Of a DNA stretch of 64,000 nt, positions 43,615 to 53,959 are shown one piece after another. Both the position numbers and the translations under genes were made by a program. The notes under the pieces were generated by a model. The model was given only the letters and a program-made list of their open reading frames with translations. It did no database searches and was not told the origin of the DNA. Every line of letters starts with the position of its first letter. The stretch's first letter is position 1. Source of the DNA: Schmidtea polychroa (taxonomy: Eukaryota). The stretch lies in NCBI GenBank assembly GCA_044892525.1, contig CM097885.1, forward strand, positions 22,756,001 to 22,820,000, read 5' to 3'.

Positions 43615-44674
43615 CTACTTTACGAAAATGTAATGTCAAATGAGTTTTTGAACCTTTTGGAAAGTTTATAAGTTTTCCACTATCATCACGAATATTTATT
43701 TCTATATTGTTTATACATGAACTTGCTATTGGTAAATACATGGGATTATCGATATTTATATTGACAACTTCATCATGTTCATATTTTCCAATCCATACCG
43801 ATTTCAAAAGAGGAACACTGGAATCATCAACAATAATGGGTTCCATAATGTTAGTATATATGAACATTTGTTGATGATGTTCTAGTATTCTTGGTTTGCG
43901 TATACCAGTCGATTTTTCTCTATATTTTTGCTTATCTAATCCAAGTGAATTTGCCAAATTTTTATCAAATGTAACTTCGCAAATATCCTCATTCAAACTG
44001 AAGGTAAACATCAAATCTTTCACAATTTCCAAATTTTTAAATATGTGTGAACAATTGAACTTTAAATATTTAAGTAATACATCAAGTTTATCAAAATATA
44101 ATTCATCAGCAAAGGTGAATGATTCTTCAACTTCATCATTATACGACACAGATATTTTTATTTCTTCTTTCACTATACTGTTTGCTTCAAATAGATTAAA
44201 ACGTAATAAATACTCGGTCTCCATAACAATATTTTTCAGCTTATTGCAACCCATTCGTTTGGCATCTTCAATAGTTTCGAATGTTATTGTAAATGGTTTA
44301 AAATCACAACTGATATTTAATCCATCCTTGTAAAATATATAGCAATGCGAATCTAATATTTGGTTCGGAATATGATATGTTTTATCATAATTACTAATAA
44401 TAAAGATACCGCTACATGTTTTCACAATATTCCTTTTGAAATCAATCTTACATTGACTATAAAATGGGAATGTGTTGTACACGAATGTAAAATCTTGCAG
44501 TGCAACTTCCCAGTCACCATTTAGAGAAATCGGATTCTGGAGATTGACCATAAATTTACTGGCTTGATTGTCTGGATGAATTAATGGGCAACTATTGCTC
44601 GGTAAAATAGTATAAAAATTCACTTTACTAGGTCCTTTGCTGATATCCATGACGGGTTTTGATAACCATGCCAT
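43607..44674 (-). CDS. Minor capsid protein (penton, Polinton PX); start uncertain
   Basis: FY.ILPSNS.....PDN..SKF.V.L..PI.L.GDWEVAL; FIYTNI.EP.IV.D..VPLL; PMYLP...IEINIRD..G..I.F; LHFRK. Confidence 0.92.
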   Translation of the reverse strand: MAWLSKPVMDISKGPSKVNFYTILPSNSCPLIHPDNQASKFMVNLQNPISLNGDWEVALQDFTFVYNTFPFYSQCKIDFKRNIVKTCSGIFIISNYDKTYHIPNQILDSHCYIFYKDGLNISCDFKPFTITFETIEDAKRMGCNKLKNIVMETEYLLRFNLFEANSIVKEEIKISVSYNDEVEESFTFADELYFDKLDVLLKYLKFNCSHIFKNLEIVKDLMFTFSLNEDICEVTFDKNLANSLGLDKQKYREKSTGIRKPRILEHHQQMFIYTNIMEPIIVDDSSVPLLKSVWIGKYEHDEVVNINIDNPMYLPIASSCINNIEINIRDDSGKLINFPKGSKTHLTLHFRKVDG

Positions 44675-45249
44675 TTGACATAGTATTGTTTATCCTTGCC
44701 GACCTTTTTAGTTTTCAATATTTTTTGAATTCTAAATACCTTTGGAGGAGGAATGACTTGTAATTCCTGCTCATAAAATTTCCCTTGTACAATATTATTA
44801 TCACTGTCTTTGATGACATACATTACAGGATTCTGTTTAGTATTTATTTTTGAAATTACAAAGACTTCATCACTCCAATTTGTATCAAAATTTTTAATAA
44901 ATGGTGATGCACTAATTTTACTAATTCTAACACGATCACCGACTTTATATTTAGGTTTTGCAATTTTTACAGATTTCTTAGAATAGAATGTTTTTGATGT
45001 AATATCAACCGGTCTCAATCCATTCAGTCCTCGATGTGATGAATGATTATAACTTGTTATTATTTTCGGTAAAGCATTTACCCATTTTTTATTACCTTGA
45101 TGCACGAATAATTTCTTTAATCTATCTCTCAGTGTTCGATTAAATCTTTCAACATGGGCAGCTTTGTATTGAGAATGTACCGAGTAGTGATTTATTTTCA
45201 GTTTATCGAGGATTTGCTTAACTTTGTTATTGTAGAATTCTTTACCTAA

Positions 45250-45299
<50 letters not shown>

Positions 45300-45687
45300 C
45301 CAAATCTGTTTGCAAGTTATTAGGATGTCAATCTTTAAATAAAATATTAATTGCCTTTGACATTTCATCTGCAGATTTTGCCTTGACTGGTATTGCTCGT
45401 GCAAACCTGCTGAATACATTAATACATGTTAAAATATATTTATTCCCATTGTTAATTTTCGAATACGGTATCATCTCCATCAAATCCATTTGCCATAAAT
45501 CGTCAATACCAAATGTTTTATAGGCTCTTGTTGGAAATCTTTTCCGCATTGGTTTGTTCAAACTGTACGCAAGCTGATCTGTTAACCACTTCTGGGTTTC
45601 TTTTTTCGAATTCGGAACTCTTTTCTTTAATTTTGCCACTCCACCGAAACCGGCTTCGTCTTCTGGGTTCGTCCAAATCTTCTCCAT
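44620..45687 (-). CDS. Retroviral-type (DDE) integrase with C-terminal chromodomain-like region; in-frame TGA at 45330-45328 and a 54-nt intron at 45299-45246
   Basis: LWQMDL, YILTCINVFSRFA, QTDLG|KEF, KAAHVERFNRTLR, NWSDEVF, YYVKWHGY..PSWI; both ORFs are in the same frame. Confidence 0.93.
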
Positions 45688-45745
45688 TACAGCAAGAAGA
45701 TTTAAAATTAAAATTTAAATTAGGTAATGAAGGATTAGCACCCAT
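45518..45745 (-). CDS. Small ORF overprinting the integrase 5' end, with an N-myristoylation-type start
   Basis: MGANPS (MGxxxS) followed by SSCC; ATG three bases after the previous stop; peptide recognisable in the decayed copy at ~22300-22390. Confidence 0.45.
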   Translation of the reverse strand: MGANPSLPNLNFNFKSSCCNGEDLDEPRRRSRFRWSGKIKEKSSEFEKRNPEVVNRSACVQFEQTNAEKISNKSL

Positions 45746-45748
45746 TGT

Positions 45749-46282
45749 TTATGATTGATTTCCTACAACTCCACCTAATAATGATAATGCCAGAGGTATC
45801 AATGCACCAATAAATCCACCTTGTTGTTTATATATAATTTTCCTCATTTGCTTACGATTTTTATTATTTACTAATGATAACAAAGGTTTCCTATGTTTGC
45901 TCAATAAATGCTTTTTTGATTTACTGATTTTAATTTTGCCTTTGACTACTTTAAGTATAATATTGAGTAAATCATCGACAACAAAATTTGGGAATGATTG
46001 CAATATATTCATTCTTTTCATACTCGGGGCCTTTAACAATGCATTAAAAAATGGAAAACTGCGATGATTTTTAATTACTTTTTTACCGGCTTTACGGGTT
46101 TTACGGGTTTCACGTTTAGGTTTAGGATTTTTCGAAATAAGATTCATTGCAGAGAAATTTTCAGTTACAAGTTTTTTAGATGGTGTATAACTAGTTGTTG
46201 GTGGAACCTTTGGAACTTTAATACTCTTTTTAATACTTTTTCTTAATTTCCTAATATTTTTCACCCTTGCTTTTAGAAACAT
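45749..46282 (-). CDS. Basic virion core-like protein with C-terminal QxGGF..L hydrophobic tail
   Basis: K/R-rich 177 aa ending YKQQGGFIGALIPLALSLLGG, a pattern typical of Polinton genes between ATPase and integrase. Confidence 0.75.
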   Translation of the reverse strand: MFLKARVKNIRKLRKSIKKSIKVPKVPPTTSYTPSKKLVTENFSAMNLISKNPKPKRETRKTRKAGKKVIKNHRSFPFFNALLKAPSMKRMNILQSFPNFVVDDLLNIILKVVKGKIKISKSKKHLLSKHRKPLLSLVNNKNRKQMRKIIYKQQGGFIGALIPLALSLLGGVVGNQS

Positions 46283-46300
46283 TATTATTCATAGAGGTTT

Positions 46301-46927
46301 TCAACTTTGTTTATAAACCATGGCACCTTTTGGGTTGAAAATATCTGTTTTTACTCGTAAATCATCGGGACATTGTTGTGTGAAATCAAGAAATATATAT
46401 CCATGAGGTATTTTTGTAGCATCTTGAAATGCACTGATAAGAAAATTACGATTGTTAGGGTATGCTTGACGTGCAAGAAAATCAATCACTGTTGCATCTC
46501 TAGGATTCTTAAAAATAACTAAATATTGTACATTTAAATTACGTGTTCGATGTGCACCACCTTGATGAAATAGATTTTGAGTTATAAAAATAACAGTTAC
46601 ACCAACGTGTCTACTGATTTTAGTAAATAAATTATTGAAATTCTTTTCTTTATTAGCTTCTTGATACAAGTCATCAATAATTATGACATCCCCCTTCTTT
46701 AGTCTACTGGACCAATTTTTATCAAATCCCTCTACTATTTTCATATTTTTCAATTTACAGAAACTTGATTGAGTCAATCCGTGTTCTTGATCAGCACCTC
46801 GATGCCAATAAATTTTGTTGAATTTTGATTCAAATAAATGTGATTTTAGTAATTTGCAAACAAACAAAGTTTTGCCGCTACCACTTGGTCCAACTATTTG
46901 ATATACAGCATCATTTCTTAGTTCCAT
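46301..46927 (-). CDS. A32/FtsK-like DNA packaging ATPase
   Basis: Walker A GPSGSGKT, Walker B IIIDDL, SRH..VTVIFITQNLF, R...LN.QYLVIFKNPRD. Confidence 0.96.
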   Translation of the reverse strand: MELRNDAVYQIVGPSGSGKTLFVCKLLKSHLFESKFNKIYWHRGADQEHGLTQSSFCKLKNMKIVEGFDKNWSSRLKKGDVIIIDDLYQEANKEKNFNNLFTKISRHVGVTVIFITQNLFHQGGAHRTRNLNVQYLVIFKNPRDATVIDFLARQAYPNNRNFLISAFQDATKIPHGYIFLDFTQQCPDDLRVKTDIFNPKGAMVYKQS

Positions 46928-47042
46928 TTTTAATATTTATTTAAAAATTAATTTTGTTTATATCGTAAAGAATAAATTGATTTAATTACTCTATAATATA
47001 ATATATATATATATACTTGATTTTTATAAATATTCAGTAGAA

Positions 47043-47555
47043 ATGTTGACAAATATTAATTATAGAGGTCGTGTGTCTTTGGAAACTGTTGGTATGATGA
47101 ATTTCCCCAAGTGTAAACCACAACAATATGTCGACAAAACTGGAAAATATACTATTATATTTTTCAAAAATGGTAAATGTCGTATAATGGGTTGTAAGAA
47201 GCCTATCGAATTCAAGAATTTGCAATATAATATCAAAGATATTCAAGTTCAAAGTCTTACTATAGCTACCAAGGTTGAACAATCTATTAATTTGAATAAT
47301 TTAGCAAAGTTATTAGATGGAGATTGTATATATGAGCCTGAATTATTTCCCGCTCTGCGTTATACAAAATATAATCCACTATGTGTAAATATATTTTCGA
47401 GTGGTAAAATAGTTGTACTAGGTATTAAAAATTTAGATTTTCATACTATTGTTGAAGGAATTATAAACGATGTAAAGGATTTGATTGGATCTTTAACAAT
47501 TTCTTCAAATATAAGTAATGAGGATTTGCTTGAATATTTATTCAACAATGATTGA
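47043..47555 (+). CDS. TATA-box-binding protein (TBP)-like protein encoded by the Polinton
   Basis: IFFKNGKCRIMGCK (repeat 1) and INLNNLA...YEPELFPALRY...VNIFSSGKIVVLG.K (repeat 2) match the TBP core. Confidence 0.88.
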   Translation: MLTNINYRGRVSLETVGMMNFPKCKPQQYVDKTGKYTIIFFKNGKCRIMGCKKPIEFKNLQYNIKDIQVQSLTIATKVEQSINLNNLAKLLDGDCIYEPELFPALRYTKYNPLCVNIFSSGKIVVLGIKNLDFHTIVEGIINDVKDLIGSLTISSNISNEDLLEYLFNND

Positions 47556-47916
47556 ACATGAAGGTAACTGTTTTTATTTTAAATTTACTGATTTTTGTTT
47601 AGAAACTATACTAAAAATTTTGATTGATAAAATTGAAGATTTTTATCCGAATTTGAACAATTCCTTAATGTATTGTGCTCCAGAAGTTGTGTTTTACAAA
47701 ATTTATGAAATAACTGGAATAAATGTAATAGATTTAATTCATATGGATCATGCTACGATTACATGTTATACCGATGATGTTGAAAATTGTGATTTTTGTA
47801 AAAATAATATGCAGAATACTTGTGGGGATGATAGTTGTACATGTTTTGTAAATCTACAGAAACGAGAAATAATTCATGCATTACTTGTGAAATTGCGAAA
47901 AAATGTATTGTTGTAA
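47548..47916 (+). CDS. Cys-rich hypothetical protein overlapping the TBP-like stop
   Basis: ATG at 47548 (or 47518); C-x7-CxxC-x7-C-x4-CxC cluster. Confidence 0.65.
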   Translation: MIEHEGNCFYFKFTDFCLETILKILIDKIEDFYPNLNNSLMYCAPEVVFYKIYEITGINVIDLIHMDHATITCYTDDVENCDFCKNNMQNTCGDDSCTCFVNLQKREIIHALLVKLRKNVLL

Positions 47917-48118
47917 TAAAATATAATTATATTTGTTTTGTGATAACCTTAACTAACCTATAATATTTCTTTGTGTACAATAAATCATTTCAAACTTTGT
48001 TATTTAGCATAAAATGAACTAGTTGATCACGTTTTGATCATGCCTGTCACTTGAAACTTGTTTACAATGAAATTAGTATAAAATATCTGGTTCAAATTAT
48101 TAAATATTATAACTACAA

Positions 48119-48707
48119 ATGGATAATCAAATTACAGGTTTGTTGTCGTTTACACATATTCCATTTATTAGTTTTTTAATCTAGGAGTTTTGAAGAGAAA
48201 AAATGCAGATGCCGCTCAGGAATTCGGAAAACGGAAATTTAAAGAAGCGACATTATCCTCGGAAACCTTGGTCAATGTTCGAGTGGATACAAAAAAGCCA
48301 GTCGAATTCATGCAATACAAACTAAATTATTTGTATTGTCCAATTTCCTATACATTTAAGGTAAGTTTCTATAAATTATTTTGGATTTTATTATTATTAT
48401 TTATTGTTAGGAACCAGTAACTCTGGAAAAATGTTTCTACAATGTGAGACTTTCCAAAATCAAGTTTCATGACAAGATGCTATTGGGACAATTATTTCAG
48501 AGGATCAATGAAAATATTGAATTTGATGAAGATATGTTCATTAGAAACGATTTGGATATGATTCCCAATGGTGGTAAGATGAGCAAAATAACCTGCATGG
48601 TTACCATATTAATTCAAGGGTATAATGTAAGCAGAGACCGAATCAAACCAATTTGGAAAATTATAAAAGCCGAAGATAAGTTTGAAGAGGAACATTGTTC
48701 ATGTTAA
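48119..48707 (+). CDS. Three-exon hypothetical protein (48119-48137, 48185-48360, 48411-48707)
   Basis: 47- and 50-nt GT-AG introns join ORFs 48190 and 48444 in frame behind an ATG; TATAAAA at 48077-48083. Confidence 0.8.
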
Positions 48708-48779
48708 ATTTATTTAATACATCTTTATTAGTGTTTTGGTGTTTTTAAATCATTGAAAATAACTAAAGTTTCAAATTTA

Positions 48780-49164
48780 TTAATCTTCAATACAATCTCT
48801 TTTCATTATATTTTCAACAATATGATCAATACAATTAGTAGAAACAATAGATTCATCTTCTTTAGATTCATTTGGTAATTTATCTGTTGTAGAATTCTCA
48901 ATACATGACTTAAGTTCTTCACTAGGCAAATCAGTATATTCATCTTCTTGCTGGGAAATATTTTCAGATTCATATGACATATCATCTTCATTAATTTCAT
49001 CGTCTGAATACGGCCATTTTAATTTCTCTGGAACATTCATAAATTCTCTAATTTTTACATTAGATATTTCCTCTAATTTTTCAATCAAAAAGTTGATTAT
49101 ATATGCTAAATAAAAAAAAAAGAATTAATAAACATAAAATTCATATTTTACCTTTTTCCGACAT
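48780..49164 (-). CDS. Two-exon acidic hypothetical protein (49164-49152, 49105-48780)
   Basis: ATG TCG GAA AAA G|gtaaaa...tttag|CA TAT: a 46-nt intron supplies the missing ATG in frame. Confidence 0.75.
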
Positions 49165-49683
49165 GGTTGAAAATAATTAAAATGAAAAAATAATTATGTT
49201 TATACTATTATTCAAAGCAACAAGATGATCGATAGATAGATTATAAGAAAATTAGATATTTCAACACGATACATATAATAAAAAGACAAGCAAACTTGCA
49301 ATGATATTTAACCTTTCAGTTTTTACATTTTTTTTTTAATATTTATTTCAATTATTTCGACAACACAAAAAGTGCCAATTTTTTTTTTACTAATTAATTT
49401 TCAGCCTAACCTACAACTTTTCACAAAAATCCAAAAAAAAAAATGAGACCTTTTTAATGAACCATTATTCAATATAATCTATCGAAGGTAATCCTTAAAA
49501 TTCCAAATTTAAAATGTTCGCAAATGTAAAGCATGTTCAATGTATATTAATGAGTATCATAATATAAACATTTATTTCTTTACCTTTGTTATTAATACTT
49601 TGAATATTGTAAATAATAAAACTATGTATCAAATAATAATATTCAAAATAAACCAAATTTACAAACTACCGCCCAGCCCCTTC

Positions 49684-49758
49684 GGGGCGGGCGGCGGGCA
49701 GCGGGCGGCGGGCGGCTGGCGGCGGGCGGCGGGCGAGCGGGCGGTGGGCGGGCGGCGG
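49684..49758 (+). repeat. G-rich (GGGCGGC)n-like tract
   Basis: Direct reading; more than four GGG runs in an otherwise very AT-rich window. Confidence 0.9.
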
Positions 49759-49806
49759 TTGTGTATGTCGATGATTTTAATTTTTATTAAATGCATTTGT
49801 TTGATT

Positions 49807-49857
49807 TCAGAATTCGATTTGTGTGACTAACCTTGTTAAATTTGAGTTGATGTAAAT

Positions 49858-49924
<67 letters not shown>

Positions 49925-50216
49925 TTAATAATAATAAAGTAATTTCTTATGAAGATTTATATTAAAGTGATTCAAAGCTGATTTATGAAATTGGTTGAAC
50001 CTTTTAAATGTAATTATCCAACAATAAATATTTAATGTAATAATGATCAAATTCACTTAACAAGGCAGTGCCGACAATTTGTGAGAGTCGACAAACATCG
50101 ATATATTACTGATTTATAATCTTCAAAGTCTCTTTTCAATTCAATGGATATTATAATCAGTGGTGAAATTGGAAGAAATAAAAGTTCTTATAATAATAGT
50201 AATTATTTGTAAAAAT

Positions 50217-50276
<60 letters not shown>

Positions 50277-50568
50277 GGAAAAATACTGAATTATTATTGA
50301 TTAAAATATTTGAAGGGATAACATGTGGTATGAAATTATGCGTTAATAATCGATTACATCAACGGAAATTCACATGATTTGCACTATGAACTGTTACTAA
50401 ATCATGTGTGAATGATATCAGTAAATGATATCAGACCTTAAAAAAAAAAATTTGACCTTGACCTTAAAAAATTTGACCTTGACCTTAAAAATTTGACCTT
50501 GACCTTAAAAATTAGACCTTGACCTGTCCTGGATGTGACATGTCCTGGAGGTGACACATCTTACTACT
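49807..50568 (-). repeat. Right terminal inverted repeat of the Polinton
   Basis: Reverse complement of 33136-33956. Confidence 0.95.
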
Positions 50569-51543
50569 TTAATATTATAAAAAATCAACATTAAAAACAT
50601 GATTTTTGAAAATCCCGATATTTCACTCTTTATTTCACTCAAAATTAAAATTTCAATATGCGTTCTCAATGCTATGAAATATTTATTATTACTAAAAATC
50701 ACTATTTTTGTGTGACCAAACGAAACCCTCAATTATGTGATCATGATAATGTTATTATATATTTATATAACATATATTGTAAGTTATAATTACATTATCT
50801 CTTTAATTCGAATACATAAGACTTTGTATTGAAATATGGAAATAACACTAGATTTGACATCAATATTTTTTAAATTAATCCAATGTCCGTGATTGGCCTC
50901 ACAAAATTTGCTTGGCACATACAAACATACAAATATTGGCGAAGTTAATATAGAAAGAGTAAAAATAATAATAATTACAATTATTTATTAAAAAATTGAC
51001 TAAATAAATTGACTAATAATTTATTTAAAATTGAATACTTCCGACACAGCTTTTTCAAATGATTTTGAATGCAATAATAAAAATATAAAAATTAAATTAA
51101 GCAAATTAAAAACCAAAATTAAGAAGAAACATAACATTGATTAAAACAAAAAATTTCGGACAACCTTAAAATGAAGTATGAGGTTACACTGGGTGGAATT
51201 ACGTTCTCGTATTTTGTTTTACACAACATTTTGGTAAAAATTTGAATAGAATAATTCAAAATATCAGTTGGGAAAAGGTGATTATATTATCTTGCAAAGA
51301 GCAATATTTTAATTTATACATATCCTTACGTTAGTCGACACTCCCCAGAGTAATAGGACAACCCTACACTAATTATTTTATTGTCAAACATGAAATATGT
51401 AAAAATTATTTGTAATCTTTTAACTTCTCTTTATAAATGTGCCAAAAAAACTAAAAGACCCATTATTCTCAATTATTCTTTATTTTAGTCCAATTAAAAT
51501 ATAAATAAATGACATAAAAATTAATTTATTATTACTGGCTTAC

Positions 51544-51869
51544 TTTTTACGCTGAAATAATTCCATTGATAATAAAAAAGTATTATCTTGCTTGATTATA
51601 ATAGATAGAAATTCCTCGGTTTCTAGCTCACATTCAATGGAAACCCTTAATGCAGTTTCCTAAATTATCTAGATAATAACATTATTATTGGAATTTGAAA
51701 CAACTTTTGTAGATGAATAATTATATTCATAGAGAATAATTGATGTGTTTGTCGCAGAAATATTAATTTCTTTAACTTCATCAATATTTCCATTATAAAT
51801 ATTATAAAAATGATTTTTCACCGAAGAAAGTTCACAAATAATGATTAAGATAAACAACAGGACTTTCAT
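51544..51869 (-). CDS. SID-1-like gene, exons 1 (51869-51705, signal peptide) and 2 (51659-51544)
   Basis: MKVLLFILIIICELSS signal peptide; ETALRVSIE...LSIIIKQ...FQRK resembles SIDT2 TEGVRVSV...LFVVRQ...FQRK; phase-2 end matches exon 31581. Confidence 0.7.
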
Positions 51870-53959
51870 TATCAAATTTTAAATATTATCATAGTAAAAT
51901 AATTTCAATCTATTTATATTAGCACAAATAATCTTAATATAATTAAAGAGATGTATTTTCAATATTATTAATACAAAACCGGAAGTCTCGAGCCATCGGT
52001 ATTTACATGAAAATTTCATATAAACATGTACAATATAAAATGAAATAAAGTTAAAAATTGATGGTAATTGATGATAAATAATTCTATATGACAATATTAT
52101 TTAATTTATAGGTGAATTTTTATAAAATGAAAAAAAAATTTAAATCTTAAATTAATAAAAATATTCAAGATCCACAATAAAACTCGAACGATTTACTGGC
52201 CATGAAATATTGCAAGGATGAAGAAAATGTTAAATTTGAAACAAATTTTGCTAACTTTGCTGAAGAAAGAACCAAGAAAACTTTTCAACAATATTTTATG
52301 TAATATTTTCAATTGCGGATGGTTCGGTTTTGTAGTCGGAATAAAAAGAATTCAAAATTAATTACTAAATAAATTTTTATATGTTGGAGACCGATTAAAA
52401 ATTTATAAAGAAATAACAACAAATTATAAACAAAATATTTTTTTAATATTATTTTAAAGAATTAATTTTTGATCCTTTGTCATAATGAAAATAAATTAAA
52501 TATCATAAAATAAAGAAAATAGATCAAAAGTGAACAAAAAATTTAAATTTTAAAGTAAATAAAAAAATATTTTAAAAGTATTTGATATGATATTATAAGA
52601 AAAACATGAGCATGTTATTTTTAGAAATTATAAGTTATGATATTATTATAAAATATATCAGGAAAGAAAAAGTGCATTCTTATATAATAAGAGAAATTTA
52701 GTGTCCTTTTACAATTTTAAACTTTAGACTTAAATAACATCTATTTTGGTTACAAATTTAAAAACACGTATAAAATATCATCAATTTTGGAGTTTCGTTG
52801 AAGATTTCCTAAAAGTCCATCTTTAAAATTCAGCTTTCTTCAATATATTTTGAAATAACTTTCATTTTACAATCTTTTAAGTCGATCTGTTTTACTGATC
52901 AATTTTACTACCAGATTTCTAAAGGAAAAATGAAAATAAAATGTAAAATGAGGACTGGTTACGGCAGTTTACTGTCTGCCTGATACAATTCCTTTAACTT
53001 TTTCTCAATATATTTCCAATTTTTAATCATAGAATATATATATTAAAATTTTTATAAAATTATCACCACATAACATAATGAAATAATTATTATAATTAAA
53101 TAATTAATTAAAAATATGTTAAATTAATGAATTAGTTTGTCTAAAATAGAGCAATCTAGATTGATATAGTTTGAATATCAATTCTACCTGACGACGAGAG
53201 TAAGTCTGTCGAAATATATTATAAGAACCTTTTTTATTAAGTTTCACTACTGATTTCTTTTCCATCTTATTTATTAAAAAGATTGGAGACTATAGAATTA
53301 TTCATTAATGGCTACAGAAAAAAAAGAAATTAATTTATTAACACTTATATACTTTTTAAACTTATGAAAAATTCTATTTTAATGAAGATTATTACCACCT
53401 CAGAATAATTTTATCAAAGTTTTCTTCATTTATTTGATTGTTTAAAGATTAATTCCTCATTTGTCACCTTAAAATAATGTTATCAAAGTTCTTATCTTGA
53501 TTTGTGATCATTTGACTGATTTATTCTAATTTTATGACAAAATTTTTAATTCGTTTTATTATATATAGTCTGAGTTTATCCGACAGGATGTTTTGTGGCC
53601 CTATGGGTATTGGTTGTAAGGGTACTGGTCGTAAATCATCTTCAGTTTTAATTATTTTATTTGAATAATAATTTAGGCAAATCTTGGTGTTTTCAATGGT
53701 ATTTTTAGTGTTGATTCTTGATGGTTTTAGTAAATATTTAAATATTTGTCAATTTGATGTTGATTGTAAATACAAATTGATTGCCTAAATCTGGTATTAT
53801 TAAAACAACCGATTTAAATGGCGAATTAATTAATATAATAATAATGATAATTATGCGTACCAGCATTTATACTTATTATACTTTACTATATAATAGTATT
53901 TGATACTTATAATACAATATATATTTTATTTATAAATTAATTATTTAAATATCCCTAAC

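Noticed and set aside
43896..44333. 145-aa plus-strand ORF and other antisense ORFs inside polB and capsid genes
   Set aside because: Shadow frames of strongly supported minus-strand genes
49540..49830. 96-aa ORF with Gly/Arg/Ala-rich middle
   Set aside because: Made of the duplicated RING 3' end plus the GC tract; no coherent protein
52760..53010. Exon-like minus-strand segments upstream of the SID-1-like start
   Set aside because: Internal stops and no recognisable domain
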